A model generated the notes under the pieces. The model searched no databases, was not told the origin of the DNA, and was given only the letters and a program-made list of their open reading frames with translations. 64,000 bases of DNA from Macrostomum lignano (Eukaryota). Numbering within the stretch: position 1 is the stretch's first letter; every line of letters begins with the position of its first letter. This document shows positions 36,001 through 56,629 of the stretch, in pieces. Both the position numbers and the translations under genes were made by a program. The stretch lies in the NCBI GenBank assembly GCA_002269645.1, contig NIVC01000037.1:248001-312000 (forward strand), given 5' to 3'.

Positions 36001-38882
36001 AGAGTAGATAGGGAGAGTAGAGAGGGAGAGTAGATAGGGAGAGTAGATAGGGAGAGTAGAGAGGGAGAATAGAGAGGGAGAGTGGAGAGGGAGAGTAGAG
36101 AGAGAGTAGAGAGAGAGAGAAGGGGGAGAGTAGAGAGGGAGAGAAGAGAGGGAAAGTAGAGAAGGAGATTAGATAGGGAGAGTAGATAGGGAGCGAAGGG
36201 GGAGAACGGAGGGAGTAGAGAGGGAGAGTAGAGAGGGAGAGAAGGGGGAGAGTAGAGAGGGAGAGAATGGAGGAATATTATGAAGAGTTGCAGGGAGCAG
36301 ACGCACGGGCATCTCAACACCCTGCCATGAAGCGTGCAGCGGCCGTCACAAGCCATTAGAATCAGGTCGATGCCTATGGTGAGAATGATCAGATAGAGAG
36401 CGCAGAGAGCAGCCCAGAGAGCAGTGCAAACACAGAAGCGTTCAATCAATGCGCATTGATTTGGCAGCCAGTGGCGGCCAGCCTGTCTGATTGATAATCA
36501 GAGCCGCCCTGTGCCAAATCACGTACACTGGAAGCCTTCAAAGGGGGGCCCCTGATCGTCTTTGTGTGCGCGCAGGCGTCTTATCTCAGCGCCAGCTGGT
36601 GGGTGCTGTTGGGAATTTCTGCGGTTTGAAGACTTCTTTTATCTGGGTAAGCACGCTGGGGAGTTCAACCGGGAGAGAGAGAGAGGGAGAAGAAAACTTT
36701 GAGAAGTGGGAGAATTCGACCAGGCGCAGTTATATGATTGGCATTGGATAAAATTTTGCCTTGATCTTTGCCGCTATGTCGCATGCCGACTTGGAGAGGG
36801 GCCAAAGTGGCTTTGGAGATTGCAAAGTTTAGGAATGCTGAATTTTGGGGATCGTGAATCTAGAGAATGGTGAATCTCGGGGAATCGTAAATCTCGGGGG
36901 GTCGTGAATCTCGGGGGATCGTGAATCTCGGGGATCGTGAATCTCGGGTGGGGATCGTGAATCTCGTGAGATCGTGAATCTAGAGAATAGTGAATCTCGG
37001 GGGATCATGAATCTCGGGTGGGGATCGTGAATCTAGGGAATAGTGAATCTCGGGGATCGTGAATCTCGGGTGGAGATCGTGAATCTAGAGAATAGTGAAT
37101 CTCGGGGATCGTGAATCTCGGGTGGGGATCGTGAATCTCGGTGGAGATCGTGAATCTAGAGAATAGTGAATCTCGGGGGATCATGAATCTCGGGTGGAGA
37201 TCGTGAATCTAGAGAATAGTGAATCTCGGGGATCGTGAATCTCGGGTGGAGATCGTGAATCTAGAGAATAGTGAATCTCAGGGGATCGTGAATCTCGTGA
37301 GATCGTGAATCTAGAGAATAGTGAATCTCGGGGATAGTGAATCTCGGGTGGGGATCGTGAATCTCGAGTGGAGATCGTGAATCTAGAGAATAGTGAATCT
37401 CGGGGAATCGTAAATCTCGGGGGGATCGTGAATCTCGGGTGGGGATCGTGAATCTAGAGAATAGTGAATCTCGGGGATCGTGAATCTCGGGTGGGGATCG
37501 TGAATCTCGAGTGGAGATCGTGAATCTCGGGTGGGGATCGTGAATCTCGAGGGATCGTGAATCCCGGGGGATCGTGAATCCCGGGGGATTGTGAAACTCG
37601 GGACATTTAACCATGTGAACGGAAAGTGTACCCGAGGTGACTCACTTCACAGCCAGCGAGCGGGGCTGGCCGCTGAGGAAGGGCACAGCGTAGGAGAACA
37701 GCCAGCGGCCCAGACGGCACACAAACACGGGCGGGTTCCAGAAGCCCTCGGCCTCTGTCACCACCTTCACCTGACCGCCCAAGCCGCCGTCCTCGCCGCG
37801 GGTGTCCAGCAGCCGCAGCAGGCCGGAAGTAAACGGCTGCAGGTATGTCTGGTCCTTCATCCTCATCCGCTGGCTCGGACGGCTGGCAACCCGCTGGGCA
37901 ATTTGATGGCTCTGCTGCCGCCCCAGCCATTCAAACCCGGGCTCCAGCAGGTCGGGGCGCGGCGGGCCCGCTATGGACACCTGGTGAGAGTCAGGTGGCT
38001 CAGGTTACACTGTCGCCTGTATTATTCGTGAATCTAGAGGGCGGGGGTGTGAATCTATGGGGATCGTGAATCTAGAGGGGATCGTGAATCTCGGGGATCG
38101 TGAATCTCGGGGATCGTGAATCTCGGGGATCGTGAATCTCGGGGATCGTGAATCTCGGGGGATCGCGAATCTAGAGGGGATCGTGAATCTCGGGGGATCG
38201 CGAATCTAGAGGGGATCGTGAATCTCGGGGATCGTGAATCTCGGGGGATCGCGAATCTCTATATTACAATATATCCCTATATTACACTGTGCCTGTATTA
38301 CACTCCGCCCACGTCGCCCCTCACCCTTTGAGCATAGTTCTCAATCAGCACACTGCTATTGGCATGCCGGAAGGCGTGCGGTACAGTTTCTAGCACCGAA
38401 CTGCCATTCAGCAGCACCACGTAGCAGCCAAAGACCCTCGAGTCGCTGGCCACAATGGAGCTGGCCACGCTGTACCAGAGCGCGTTGTAGCCATCCGCCT
38501 CGTTGATCACCCGGAACCAGGCCTCGAACGGCCGGTTGGCCAGCTGGTAGATGTAGTTGAACAGGTTGGCTATGCTCAGAACTGACCGCACCGAGCGGTC
38601 AAATCCGCGGTAGTGCACCGGCCGCTGCCGCTCCGACTCTTCCTTGCTGAAGGCTGTCAGCGGGAACCGGCTGCGGTTCTGCGTGCCCAGACAGCGCCTG
38701 GCGCCGCCGCCGCTGCTGCTGGCGTTGCTGACGGCCTCCCGGACGAATGCCACTACTGTGGAGAACTTGTCCCCGGACTCGAATCGGCGCCTGTAGTGCT
38801 CCGGCAGCTCGGCAAAGTAGGAACTCCCCGAAGGAGCCGCCAGGGTGGGCAGCAGCGTCAGACACAGCAACAGCGGCTTCAT
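20873..38882 (-). CDS. GPR158/GPR179-like: GPR158/GPR179-like class C orphan GPCR (signal peptide, Cache-like ectodomain, Cys-rich region, 7TM, short tail)
   Basis: Exons 38325-38882, 37646-37980, 35679-35793, 34299-34618 (frame break inside), 33290-33468, 31125-31405, 30492-30630, 29345-29450, 28665-28835, 27427-27539 and 20873-21041. Family motifs: FWNPPVFVC...WLFSYAVPF, EFDINELEVNQC, ATTE|CSHIPGMGF, WFREIGFAVTYGTLVVKIYR, DMNPEDIR|AELKRLYTQLEILK...NPHISKRKGGRKQTHR|RFSLQ. Confidence 0.88.
23389..23823. mobile_element. hAT-type MITE, copy 2 (last intron of the GPCR gene)
   Basis: TIRs cacagatactaaaataa.../...taattctagtatccgtg; perfect 8-bp TSD actttgcc on both sides; reverse-complement homologue of 7834-8292. 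Confidence 0.85.
24378..24738 (-). mobile_element. tRNA-derived SINE, full length, young
   Basis: Near-identical reverse complement of 55851-56220, with an A-rich tail and a 13-bp TSD ttgggtttaggtt (24367-24379 and 24741-24753). Confidence 0.85.
24835..25395. repeat. 14/15-bp minisatellite (gtgcccctggtgctg / aagcccctgttcta)
   Basis: Tandem units. Confidence 0.95.
26040..26162. repeat. 14-bp minisatellite (tatgatctgggatc)
   Basis: Tandem units. Confidence 0.9.
26900..27220. repeat. 15/30-bp minisatellite (ctcacctgtgaccac)
   Basis: Tandem units. Confidence 0.9.
27565..28550. repeat. 22-bp minisatellite (ggtattggttcagaatgattca), GPCR intron 9
   Basis: About 45 units. Confidence 0.95.
29520..30420. 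repeat. 43-bp minisatellite (agacacatttcggcgccatcaaagacacgataaaacctctcag), GPCR intron 7
   Basis: About 20 units. Confidence 0.95.
30735..31110. repeat. 14-bp minisatellite (cccgaatcccaagt), GPCR intron 6
   Basis: Near-perfect units. Confidence 0.95.
31475..33285. repeat. 23-bp minisatellite (gtgtctatagagtgacatgagcg) with higher-order blocks, GPCR intron 5
   Basis: Fills almost the whole intron; a variant cassette recurs four times. Confidence 0.95.
33690..34270. repeat. 21-bp minisatellite (gagttggtcactcaggctagc), GPCR intron 4
   Basis: Tandem units. Confidence 0.95.
34645..35410. repeat. ~19-25-bp minisatellite (gagactatctgatggggt), GPCR intron 3
   Basis: Tandem units of variable length. 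Confidence 0.95.
35870..36270. repeat. Purine-rich (GA-rich) low-complexity tract, GPCR intron 2
   Basis: Degenerate agagggagagt repeats. Confidence 0.9.
36850..37600. repeat. ~15-bp minisatellite (gggatcgtgaatctc), GPCR intron 2
   Basis: Tandem units with variant agagaatagtgaatctc. Confidence 0.95.
38030..38260. repeat. Same gggatcgtgaatctc minisatellite, GPCR intron 1
   Basis: Same unit on the other side of exon 2. Confidence 0.9.
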
Positions 38883-39769
38883 CACGCGGGGATGATGGAG
38901 AATCTCAGCCGACTAAAGTAACAAAGGAAAATATCAAACTGGTTAATTTTATTGGAACAATGTGAGCGTAGTTTGCTCTGCCGTCGGCTGGTGGAGAGGC
39001 GGCAGCGGGGAGAGAAATGAAGGGAGCAGTGAGTGAGAGAGAGGAGAGCCTGGGGTTTCCAAGGCTGTGGCGGGATCGATCTGGGGAAGAAAACCAGAGG
39101 AGGATTGAATTTGAAAGGAGAAAAGTAGAGAGAGGGGAGCTAGGGCGAGCGTAGAGGTGGCTCACAAATAAATATTTATTTTCACTGAGAGAGAGAGAGG
39201 AGCGGGGAGAGGGGGCCTGTGGGGACACTGACTGAGGGGTCGTGGTTCGCACTGGGGTTAGAAGAGATTTCGGCGGAGGCGAGTAGGGCAAAGGAGAGGG
39301 TAGGGGATGTTGCAGCCTCCCCCTGCCTGGCGGAGAGACAGAGAGAGAGAGCAGGAATCGCAGTGGGGAAGGCAGGTTTCCCGATCAGTGGAGGGGATCT
39401 CTGGAGAGGGACAACTTCGGTCTGAACAGGCTGGAGCGGTTGGGAAGGTCCTATGCGATTTTGGAACACCCGTGGCGGTCCCCATGTGCAGGGGGAGGGA
39501 CGGGAAGAGGATTCGCTGGCCAGCGGTTGGCTGCTGGTGGGAGAGGCAGTGCAAAACTCGATAGATAAAGCGTCACTTTACAGCGCCTCCCTCTCGCCCT
39601 CGCCCACACAGGCGAAATGCTGTGGGTGGTCGCGGTGGCAATGCAAGCGAGTCTTAGTGCGTCATCAGCTTGACACCTTGCTTAATAAAGAGCAGTTGAA
39701 GAGCAGCGCGAAAAACAAAAACAATTCATTCACTGCTGAGAGAAACAGAGAGGGAACAGACGAATAGGA

Positions 39770-40443
39770 TAGAGTGGCAGAGAGTCGTAGAGAGTGGCAG
39801 AACTCGGAGAGTGGCAGGACTCGGAGAGTGGCAGAACTCAGAGAGTGGCAGAACTCAGAGAGTGGCAGAACTCGGAGAGTGGCAGAGAGTCGTAGAGAGT
39901 GGCAGAACTCGGAGAGTGGCAGAACTCAGAGAGTTGTAGAGAGCGACAGAGTGACAAAATATCAGAGAGCGGCAGAGAGTGGCAGGGAGTGGTAGAGAGC
40001 GGCAAAGAGTGGCAGAGAGTGGTAGAGAGTGGCAGAGAGCGGCAGAGAGTGGCAGAGAGTGGTAGAGAGTGGCAGAGAGCGGCAGAGAGTGGCAGAGAGT
40101 GGCAGAGAGCGGCAGAGAGTGGCAGAGAGTGGCAGAGAGCGGCAGAGAGCGGCAGAGAGTGGCAGAGAGTGGCAGAGAGCGGCAGAGAGTGGCAGAGAGC
40201 GGCAGAGAGTGGCAGAGAGTGGTAGAGAGTGGTAGAGAGTGGCAGAGAGTGGCAGAGAGCGGCAGAGAGTGGCAGAGAGTGGTAGAGAGCGGCAGAGAGT
40301 GGCAGAGAGTGGTAGAGAGTGGCGAAGAGTGGCAGAGAGTGGCAGAGAGTGGCAGAGAGTGGCAGAGAGTGGTAGAGAGCGGCAGAGAGTGGCAGAGAGT
40401 GGTAGAGAGCGGCAGAGAGTGGCAGAGAGTGGTAGAGAGTGGC
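39770..40443. repeat. 10-bp minisatellite (ggcagagagt)
   Basis: Tandem units. Confidence 0.95.
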
Positions 40444-41006
40444 ACAGCGCATCACTCTGAAACGAGAAGGGCAGGAGGCTCAGAGGATAAATTTGAGTCA
40501 GATTGGCACAGCGAGCTCCGGAGACGCAAGTCCAACCGTTTCCAAAATTGGTATGAAATTCCAGTTTGTCCAATTATCTCAACTGACTCAGGGTCGCATC
40601 TGTCGATGCATGTTGAGCGCAATTTTCCCCAGTTGAACATGAGCAGACCGGGCCGGGGCTGCTGTCGAACAGGTGTCCCCAGCTCTCTGTAATTATCTGG
40701 GTCTCTGAGCCTTCCTCCTCCAGGCCTTTCTTTATGGAAGCGCCTCAATTAAGCGGAGTCATTTTCTGCAATTTTTCTAGAATTTTCCGAGAATTTCACT
40801 TCCATCTTTGTTAAAAATTCGAAGGATTGCCCTAGCACTGGGGGAGTTGACGCTGAGGGTGGAGCAAGGCGTGAGCTTAGAAAGCTAAGAGCTGAAAAAG
40901 AGAGGATGCTGCGGGGTTTGATGAACTGTCAAAAGTCTTTACAGACAAGACAGCTGCGTCAGGAGCTGCTGCTGCTTCTGTCTTTCTTTCCTTCTGCACC
41001 GTGTCA

Positions 41007-41758
<752 letters not shown>

Positions 41759-42217
41759 CCCCTTAGAGTCCTTTCAAGAAATCTTATCCCTCAGAGTAGT
41801 GGAGATCTAACCTTTTAAACGTGACATTGATATTAACAAATAAATGGTAGTCAAACAAAATGATTCAAAAAAATCCATTCAGAAACAACGAAAATTCACT
41901 GATATCGTATATATTGACTTTTACAGTTTTTTAAAGCTGATAGTAAAGGACTTTAGCTCATAGCCTGCGTATGCACAAGAAAGTTCCTTGACAATTTTAC
42001 CAAAACGCGGACAAAAACCGATAGAAAACTAAGCAAGGCGCTGTGAAGACAGACAGACAGTGGCAGATTTTCTTATGCATTTTTGCTCTATCTAGACACA
42101 AAACAGATTTAATGCGATGACGCAAGAGCAATTAGCAAACCGGATGTTGCTTACGGCTATTATGAACAGATTGCATGATCAGACTGACGGAAAAAAGCAA
42201 TGCTGATTTATTTGGGT

Positions 42218-44626
42218 GTGACTCACTAACTTTGGGAGTAACTCACAAAGTTTGAAAGTGACTCACCAAGTTTGAGAGTGACTCACCCAGTTTGAGAGTG
42301 ACTCACCCAGTTTGAGAGTGACTCACCCAGTTTGAGAGTGACTCACCCAGTTTGAGAGTGACTCACCCAGTTTGAGAGTGACTCACCCAGTTTGAGAGTG
42401 ACTCACTAAGTTTGGGAGTGACTCACTAAGTTTGAGAGTGACTCACCCAGTTTGAGAGTGACTCACCTAGTTTGAGAGTGACTCACTAAGTTTGGGAGTG
42501 ACTCACCCAGTTTGAGAGTGACTCACCCAGTTTGAGAGTGACTCACCCAGTTTGAGAGTGACTCACCCAGTTTGAGAGTGACTCACTAAGTTTGAGAGTG
42601 ACTCACCCAGTTTGAGAGTGACTCACCAAGTTTGAGAGTGACTCACCCAGTTTGAGAGTGACTCACCCAGTTTGGGAGTGACTCACCCAGTTTGAGAGTG
42701 ACTCACTAAGTTTGAGAGTGACTCACCCAGTTTGAGAGTGACTCACCCAGTTTGAGAGTGACTCACCCAGTTTGAGAGTGACTCACCTAGTTTGGGAGTG
42801 ACTCACTAAGTTTGGGAGTGACTCACCCAGTTTGAGAGTGACTCACCAAGTTTGAGAGTGACTCACCCAGTTTGAGAGTGACTCACCAAGTTTGAGAGTG
42901 ACTCACTAAGTTTGAGAGTGACTCACCCAGTTTGAGAGTGACTCACCCAGTTTGAGAGTGACTCACCCAGTTTGAGAGTGACTCACCCAGTTTGAGAGTG
43001 ACTCACCCAGTTTGAGAGTGACTCACTAAGTTTGAGAGTGACTCACCCAGTTTGAGAGTGACTCACCCAGTTTGAGAGTGACTCACTAAGTTTGAGAGTG
43101 ACTCACCCAGTTTGAGAGTGACTCACCTAGTTTGGGAGTGACTCACTAAGTTTGGGAGTGACTCACCCAGTTTGAGAGTGACTCACCCAGTTTGAGAGTG
43201 ACTCACCCAGTTTGAGAGTGACTCACTAAGTTTGGGAGTGACTCACCCAGTTTGAGAGTGACTCACTAAGTTTGGGAGTGACTCACTAAGTTTGAGAGTG
43301 ACTCACCCAGTTTGAGAGTGACTCACCTAGTTTGAGAGTGACTCACTAAGTTTGGGAGTGACTCACCCAGTTTGAGAGTGACTCACCCAGTTTGAGAGTG
43401 ACTCACCCAGTTTGAGAGTGACTCACCCAGTTTGAGAGTGACTCACTAAGTTTGAGAGTGACTCACCCAGTTTGAGAGTGACTCACCCAGTTTGAGAGTG
43501 ACTCACTAAGTTTGAGAGTGACTCACCCAGTTTGAGAGTGACTCACCAAGTTTGAGAGTGACTCACCCAGTTTGAGAGTGACTCACCCAGTTTGGGAGTG
43601 ACTCACCCAGTTTGAGAGTGACTCACTAAGTTTGAGAGTGACTCACCCAGTTTGAGAGTGACTCACCCAGTTTGAGAGTGACTCACCCAGTTTGAGAGTG
43701 ACTCACCTAGTTTGGGAGTGACTCACTAAGTTTGGGAGTGACTCACCCAGTTTGAGAGTGACTCACCCAGTTTGAGAGTGACTCACCCAGTTTGAGAGTG
43801 ACTCACTAAGTTTGGGAGTGACTCACTAAGTTTGAGAGTGACTCACCCAGTTTGAGAGTGACTCACCTAGTTTGAGAGTGACTCACTAAGTTTGGGAGTG
43901 ACTCACCCAGTTTGAGAGTGACTCACCCAGTTTGAGAGTGACTCACCCAGTTTGAGAGTGACTCACCCAGTTTGAGAGTGACTCACCAAGTTTGAGAGTG
44001 ACTCACCCAGTTTGAGAGTGACTCACCAAGTTTGAGAGTGACTCACCCAGTTTGAGAGTGACTCACCCAGTTTGGGAGTGACTCACCCAGTTTGAGAGTG
44101 ACTCACTAAGTTTGAGAGTGACTCACCCAGTTTGAGAGTGACTCACCCAGTTTGAGAGTGACTCACCCATTTTGAGAGTGACTCACCTAGTTTGGGAGTG
44201 ACTCACTAAGCTTGGGAGTGACTCACCCAGTTTGAGAGTGACTCACCAAGTTTGAGAGTGACTCACCCAGTTTGAGAGTGACTCACCAAGTTTGAGAGTG
44301 ACTCACCCAGTTTGAGAGTGACTCACCCAGTTTGAGAGTGACTCACCCAGTTTGGGAGTGACTCACCAAGTTTGAGAGTGACTCACCCAGTTTGAGAGTG
44401 ACTCACTAAGTTTGAAAGTGACTCACCAAGTTTGAGAGTGACTCATAAAGTTTCAGAGTGACTCACTAAGTTTGGGAGTAACTCACAAAGTTAGAAAGTG
44501 ACTCACCAAGTTTGAGAGTGACTCACCAAGTTTGAGAGTGACTCACCCAGTTTGAGAGTGACTCACCCAGTTTGAGAGTGACTCACCCAGTTTGAGAATG
44601 ACTCACTAAGCTTGAGAGTGACTCAT
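42218..44626. repeat. 20-bp minisatellite (gtgactcacccagtttgaga), ~120 units, each containing TGACTCA
   Basis: Units stay in register with the 60-bp lines across the array, so there are essentially no indels. Confidence 0.97.
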
Positions 44627-45229
44627 TCTCAGCAGAGTGACCCACTTGATTTGCCAGAGTAAATTTTAGTGACTCATTGTATCTGTGACCAAATACAAGT
44701 TAACAGTGCCAGATAAAGTAAAATGGCAATTTTAAGAAGGAGTAATTAAAAATTTTAAAGCGGGTCAGTCGACATTGAAAGTAAAGTAAAGCTGCTGACA
44801 GAAAATAGTTGCATCATCTGAAGTTGCAGAAGATCAAAGTGACAAAAGATAAAGTTGTCGCCACAATTTTGACAAAAATTTCTAAGAAATAGAAAAAAAC
44901 ATTCTCTTGTGATTGACCTGTCTTTCATCGCATCGGATCTACAGACTCGGGAGTAATGTGAAAAAATTCAAGACTCGTATAGATACACAGAAGTAGTCAC
45001 TGGATAATTTCTGTTTAACGAGGAAAATATTTTAAATAAATAAGTTCCGTGCGATTGTGGCATTGACAGGATATTTTAGATATTGCAATTTTTTCAGACA
45101 GAAAAAAATAACAAACGACAGACAATAAAGTTATTTTATTAATAGATTTGTTATAAGCCATGCCATGCTTTGCGTCAGTTCATCTGCCACAATCTCTTAA
45201 AGAGCTCAGAAATACCCAGCTAGATACAC

Positions 45230-46415
45230 GACTTCTAGAGCTAGATATAGTCTACTTCTAGAGCTAGATATAGTATCTACTTCTAGAGCTAGATATAGTC
45301 TACTTCTGGAGCTAGATATAGTCTACTTCTAGAGCAATATATAGTCTACTTCTGGAGCTAGATATAGTCTACTTCTAGAGCTAGATATAGTCTACTTCTA
45401 GAGCTAGATATAGTATCTACTTCTAGAGCTAGATATAGTCTACTTCTAGAGCTAGATATAGTCTACTTCTAGAGCTAGATATAGTCTACTTCTAGAGCTA
45501 GAAATAGTCTACTTCTAGAGCTAGATATAGTCTACTTCTAGAGCTAGATATAGTCTACTTCTAGAGCTAGATATAGTCTACTTCTAGAGCTAGATATAGT
45601 CTACTTCTAGAGCTAGATATAGTCTACTTCTAGAGCTAGATATAGTCTACTTCTAGAGATAGAAATAGTCTACTTCTAGAGCTAGATATAGTCTACTTCT
45701 AGAGCTAGAAATAGTCTACTTCTAGAGCTAGATATAGTCTACTTCTAGAGCTAGATATACGACTTCTAGAGCTAGAAATAGTCTACTTCTAGAGCTAGAT
45801 ATAGTCTACTTCTAGAGCTAGAAATAGTCTACTTCTAGAGCTAGATATAGTCTACTTCTAGAGCTAGATATACGACTTCTAGAGCTAGAAATAGTCTACT
45901 TCTAGAGCTAGATATAGTCTACTTCTAGAGCTAGATATAGTCTACTTCTAGAGCTAGATATAGTCTACTTCTAGAGCTAGATATAGTCTACTTCTAGAGA
46001 TAGAAATAGTCTACTTCTAGAGCTAGATATAGTCTACTTCTAGAGCTAGAAATAGTCTACTTCTAGAGCTAGATATAGTCTACTTCTAGAGCTAGATATA
46101 CGACTTCTAGAGCTAGAAATAGTCTACTTCTAGAGCTAGATATAGTCTACTTCTAGAGCTAGAAATAGTCTACTTCTAGAGCTAGATATAGTCTACTTCT
46201 AGAGCTAGATATACGACTTCTAGAGCTAGAAATAGTCTACTTCTAGAGCTAGATATAGTCTACTTCTAGAGCTAGATATAGTCTACTTCTAGAGCTAGAT
46301 ATAGTCTACTTCTAGAGCTAGATATAGTCTACTTCTAGAGATAGAAATAGTCTACTTCCAGAGCTAGATATAGTCTACCTCTAGAGCTAGATATAGTCTA
46401 CTTCTAGAGCTAGAT
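45230..46415. repeat. 23-bp minisatellite (ctagagctagatatagtctactt) just 3' of the TRAF stop codon
   Basis: About 50 units. Confidence 0.95.
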
Positions 46416-46523
46416 TTCTTCTCCAATATGACCGCAACTTCAAGAGAAAACAGTCGCTTAAAACAGAATTTTTTTGCTTCGATCTGTCCTCGTCACTCTA
46501 CTTCATTTCGCAAGCCTCCCAGC

Positions 46524-54224
<7,701 letters not shown>

Positions 54225-55529
54225 GGCGTCTTCGCTGTTCAGAAACTATCAGTGCTTCGTTCTCTAGCTCGAGTTAACTGGATTTAGCCGGAGTGACCGC
54301 GCTAAGCCAAGACTGCTCTGCCGCCTCTGATATTGCCAGCTTTCTCTTCCTGCATCGCCACTCCTCAATCCCTGGCCCAGTGAGCAGCCCTCAGCTCTGC
54401 GATCCCCCGTCCCTCCGCCCTCCACCCCATTATTCTCCCGTTTGTCCCAGCGCCACTCGCAATTTCGTTCCTCGCCCGGTCTCCAGTGCAGAGCCTCAGC
54501 TTCGCCGCCCACCCCAAACCCACGCCAAGCAGAGTGGTTACCATGACAACCGAGGCCGCGCACGAAATCAGCAGGCTCTGCCCGGTTGCCAACCAAAAAG
54601 TCCTCACTCAAAAAAGCTTGTACCGGGCTAGGCTTTCCTCCGCAGACTGCAGCCCCCCCCCCCCCTACAAGACCCGCCAGCTGCCCTCGCCCCATCGTGT
54701 GGGTGAGCAGGAACAGCTGAAATAGAGGAACTGCCTATCACCATCTGTTGATCAAGTCAGTTATGCATTTAATTCCCATCAGTTCTGACTTGTGGAAGCC
54801 GACGGCTCCCATCCTGTCCCCACCCACCGGTTGTGCGTGACGCTCAATCTAGTGCCTGAGCCAGCGGACCGCATTGTTTCATGACCAGCAGCAGCAGCCA
54901 CTTAGATGTAGTGTTTTATCCCAGCTATCTGTTGTACTACACCACCTGTCCTCATCTATCCGACCTCGCTATCCTCATGAGCTCTTCCTCATGCATGCCG
55001 GGAGCAGTTTTTAAACTGTACACTCCCAATTCTTACTCTGCTCAAACAGAGCCTTCTTTCTCCTCCTATTGCTTCGATTTTTGGGATAATAAAAAGGGCA
55101 GAATGGGAGACGGACGAGCCGGCACCTCACCCCATGGTTTCCTGTTTATCCTGCAGCCCAGTCATCCCCCGCAGGCTGCAGTAGCGTGCTGAATTTTTTA
55201 GTTTTCTTACTACGAGTACAATGATTTGTCCCGGCAAGTGGCCTGACGCCAGGTCTCCCAGTGACGGTCTGATGCTCGTCAGCGGTTTTGTTTGCTACAA
55301 GCTTATCTAGCCTAGACCTTCCTCTGAAGTTAGTGACCATACTAGCAATTTTAGCACATTTTCTTAAGAACCAATTTCTTCTTAAGTTTAAAAAATTTAA
55401 ATTAAAAAATTCATTTTAAGAATGAACCTTTTTCAAAGTAAAATTGTCGCAGACAAAGATGTTTACTATGAATCTCTTTTTTTCTAAAATTAACAAAGAC
55501 GACAAAATAAAGCTTTCACAAAGATAACA

Positions 55530-56625
55530 GACATCCCCCCTAAATAGAAAACATCCCCAAGATAGCAAGCATCCCCCAGATAGCAAGCATCTCCCAGATA
55601 GCAAGCATCCCCCAGATAGCAAGCATCCCCCAGATAGCAAGCATCCCCCAGATAGCAAGCATCCTGCAGATAGCAAGCACCCCCCAGATAGCAAGCATCC
55701 CTCAGATAGCAAGCACCCCCCAGATAGCAAGCATCCCTCAGATAGCAAGCATCCCCCAGATAGCAAGCATCCCCCAGATAGCAAGCATCTCCCAGATAGC
55801 AAGCATCCCTCAGATAGCAAGCATCTTCCAGATAGCAAGCATCCCCCAGAGGGGGCCGTAGCCCAGCGGTAGCGCAGCTGCTCTGGTGTGCCGCGACCCA
55901 GGCTCGATTCCAAGTGCAGTCACATTAATTTGGGGCTGGATTGGAATCTTGGCTTGGCTCGCTTGTGCAATTAACGGCCTTGAGAGTCAACCCCCCCCCC
56001 CAAGGCGCAGTGAAGTGTACATGCCTAACAATTGATAAAGTTAGGGCCGCTGTACACTCCTGTGTGAGTGTGTGCCTGCGTAACGTATCCGCGCGCTTGT
56101 ATGCCTGCTCAGGGGAGTCGGCGGAATGGGCAGTTAATGCCTCTCGCCGGTTGTGTGCCAATGACGCTTAAATTGCGACAGGGTGCACACAACCTCCCTG
56201 CCTCTAAAAAAAATAAAAAAAGCATCCCCCAGATAGCAAGCACCCCCCAGATAGCAAGCATCCCCCAGATAGCAAGCATCCCCCAGATAGCAAGTACCCC
56301 CCAGATAGCAAGCATCTCCCAGATAGCAAGCATCCCTCAGATAGCAAGCACCCCCAGATAGCAAGCATCCTGCAGATAGCAAGCATCCCCCAGATAGCAA
56401 GCACCCCCAGATAGCAAGCATCCCCCAGATAGCAAGCATCCCCCAGATAGCAAGCATCCCCCAGATAGCAAACATCCCCCAGATAGCAAACATCCCCCAG
56501 ATAGCAAGCATCCCCCAGATAGCAAGCATCCTGCAGATAGCAAACATCCCCCAGATAGCAAGCATCCTGCAGATAGCAAACATCCCCCAGATAGCAAGCA
56601 TCCCTCAGAGAGCAAGCATCTCCCC
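55530..56625. repeat. 18-bp minisatellite (agatagcaagcatccccc), split by a SINE insertion
   Basis: Units are present on both sides of 55851-56220. Confidence 0.95.
55851..56220 (+). mobile_element. tRNA-derived SINE, full length, young
   Basis: Head ggggccgtagcccagcggt (A box) and ggctcgattcc (B-box-like), shared central core, A-rich tail. Flanked by aagcatcccccaga on both sides inside an 18-bp minisatellite. Confidence 0.85.
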
Positions 56626-56629
56626 GATA

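Noticed and set aside
13767-40692. Repeat-peptide ORFs such as (SINLRAC)n, (PLVLV)n, (QNGSGIGSE)n, (PESQVPNPKSRIPS)n, (SDQLASL)n and (AESGREWQR)n
   Set aside because: All coincide with tandem arrays, mostly inside introns of identified genes, and are usually open in several frames.
42218-44626. CRISPR-like regular repeats (here and in the other arrays)
   Set aside because: There are no unique spacers and no cas genes, and the context is eukaryotic.
55851-55925. tRNA gene (also at 12169, 24738 and 56925)
   Set aside because: A/B boxes are present, but no complete cloverleaf is evident, and the heads continue into a shared body with an A-tail and TSD. They are SINE heads.
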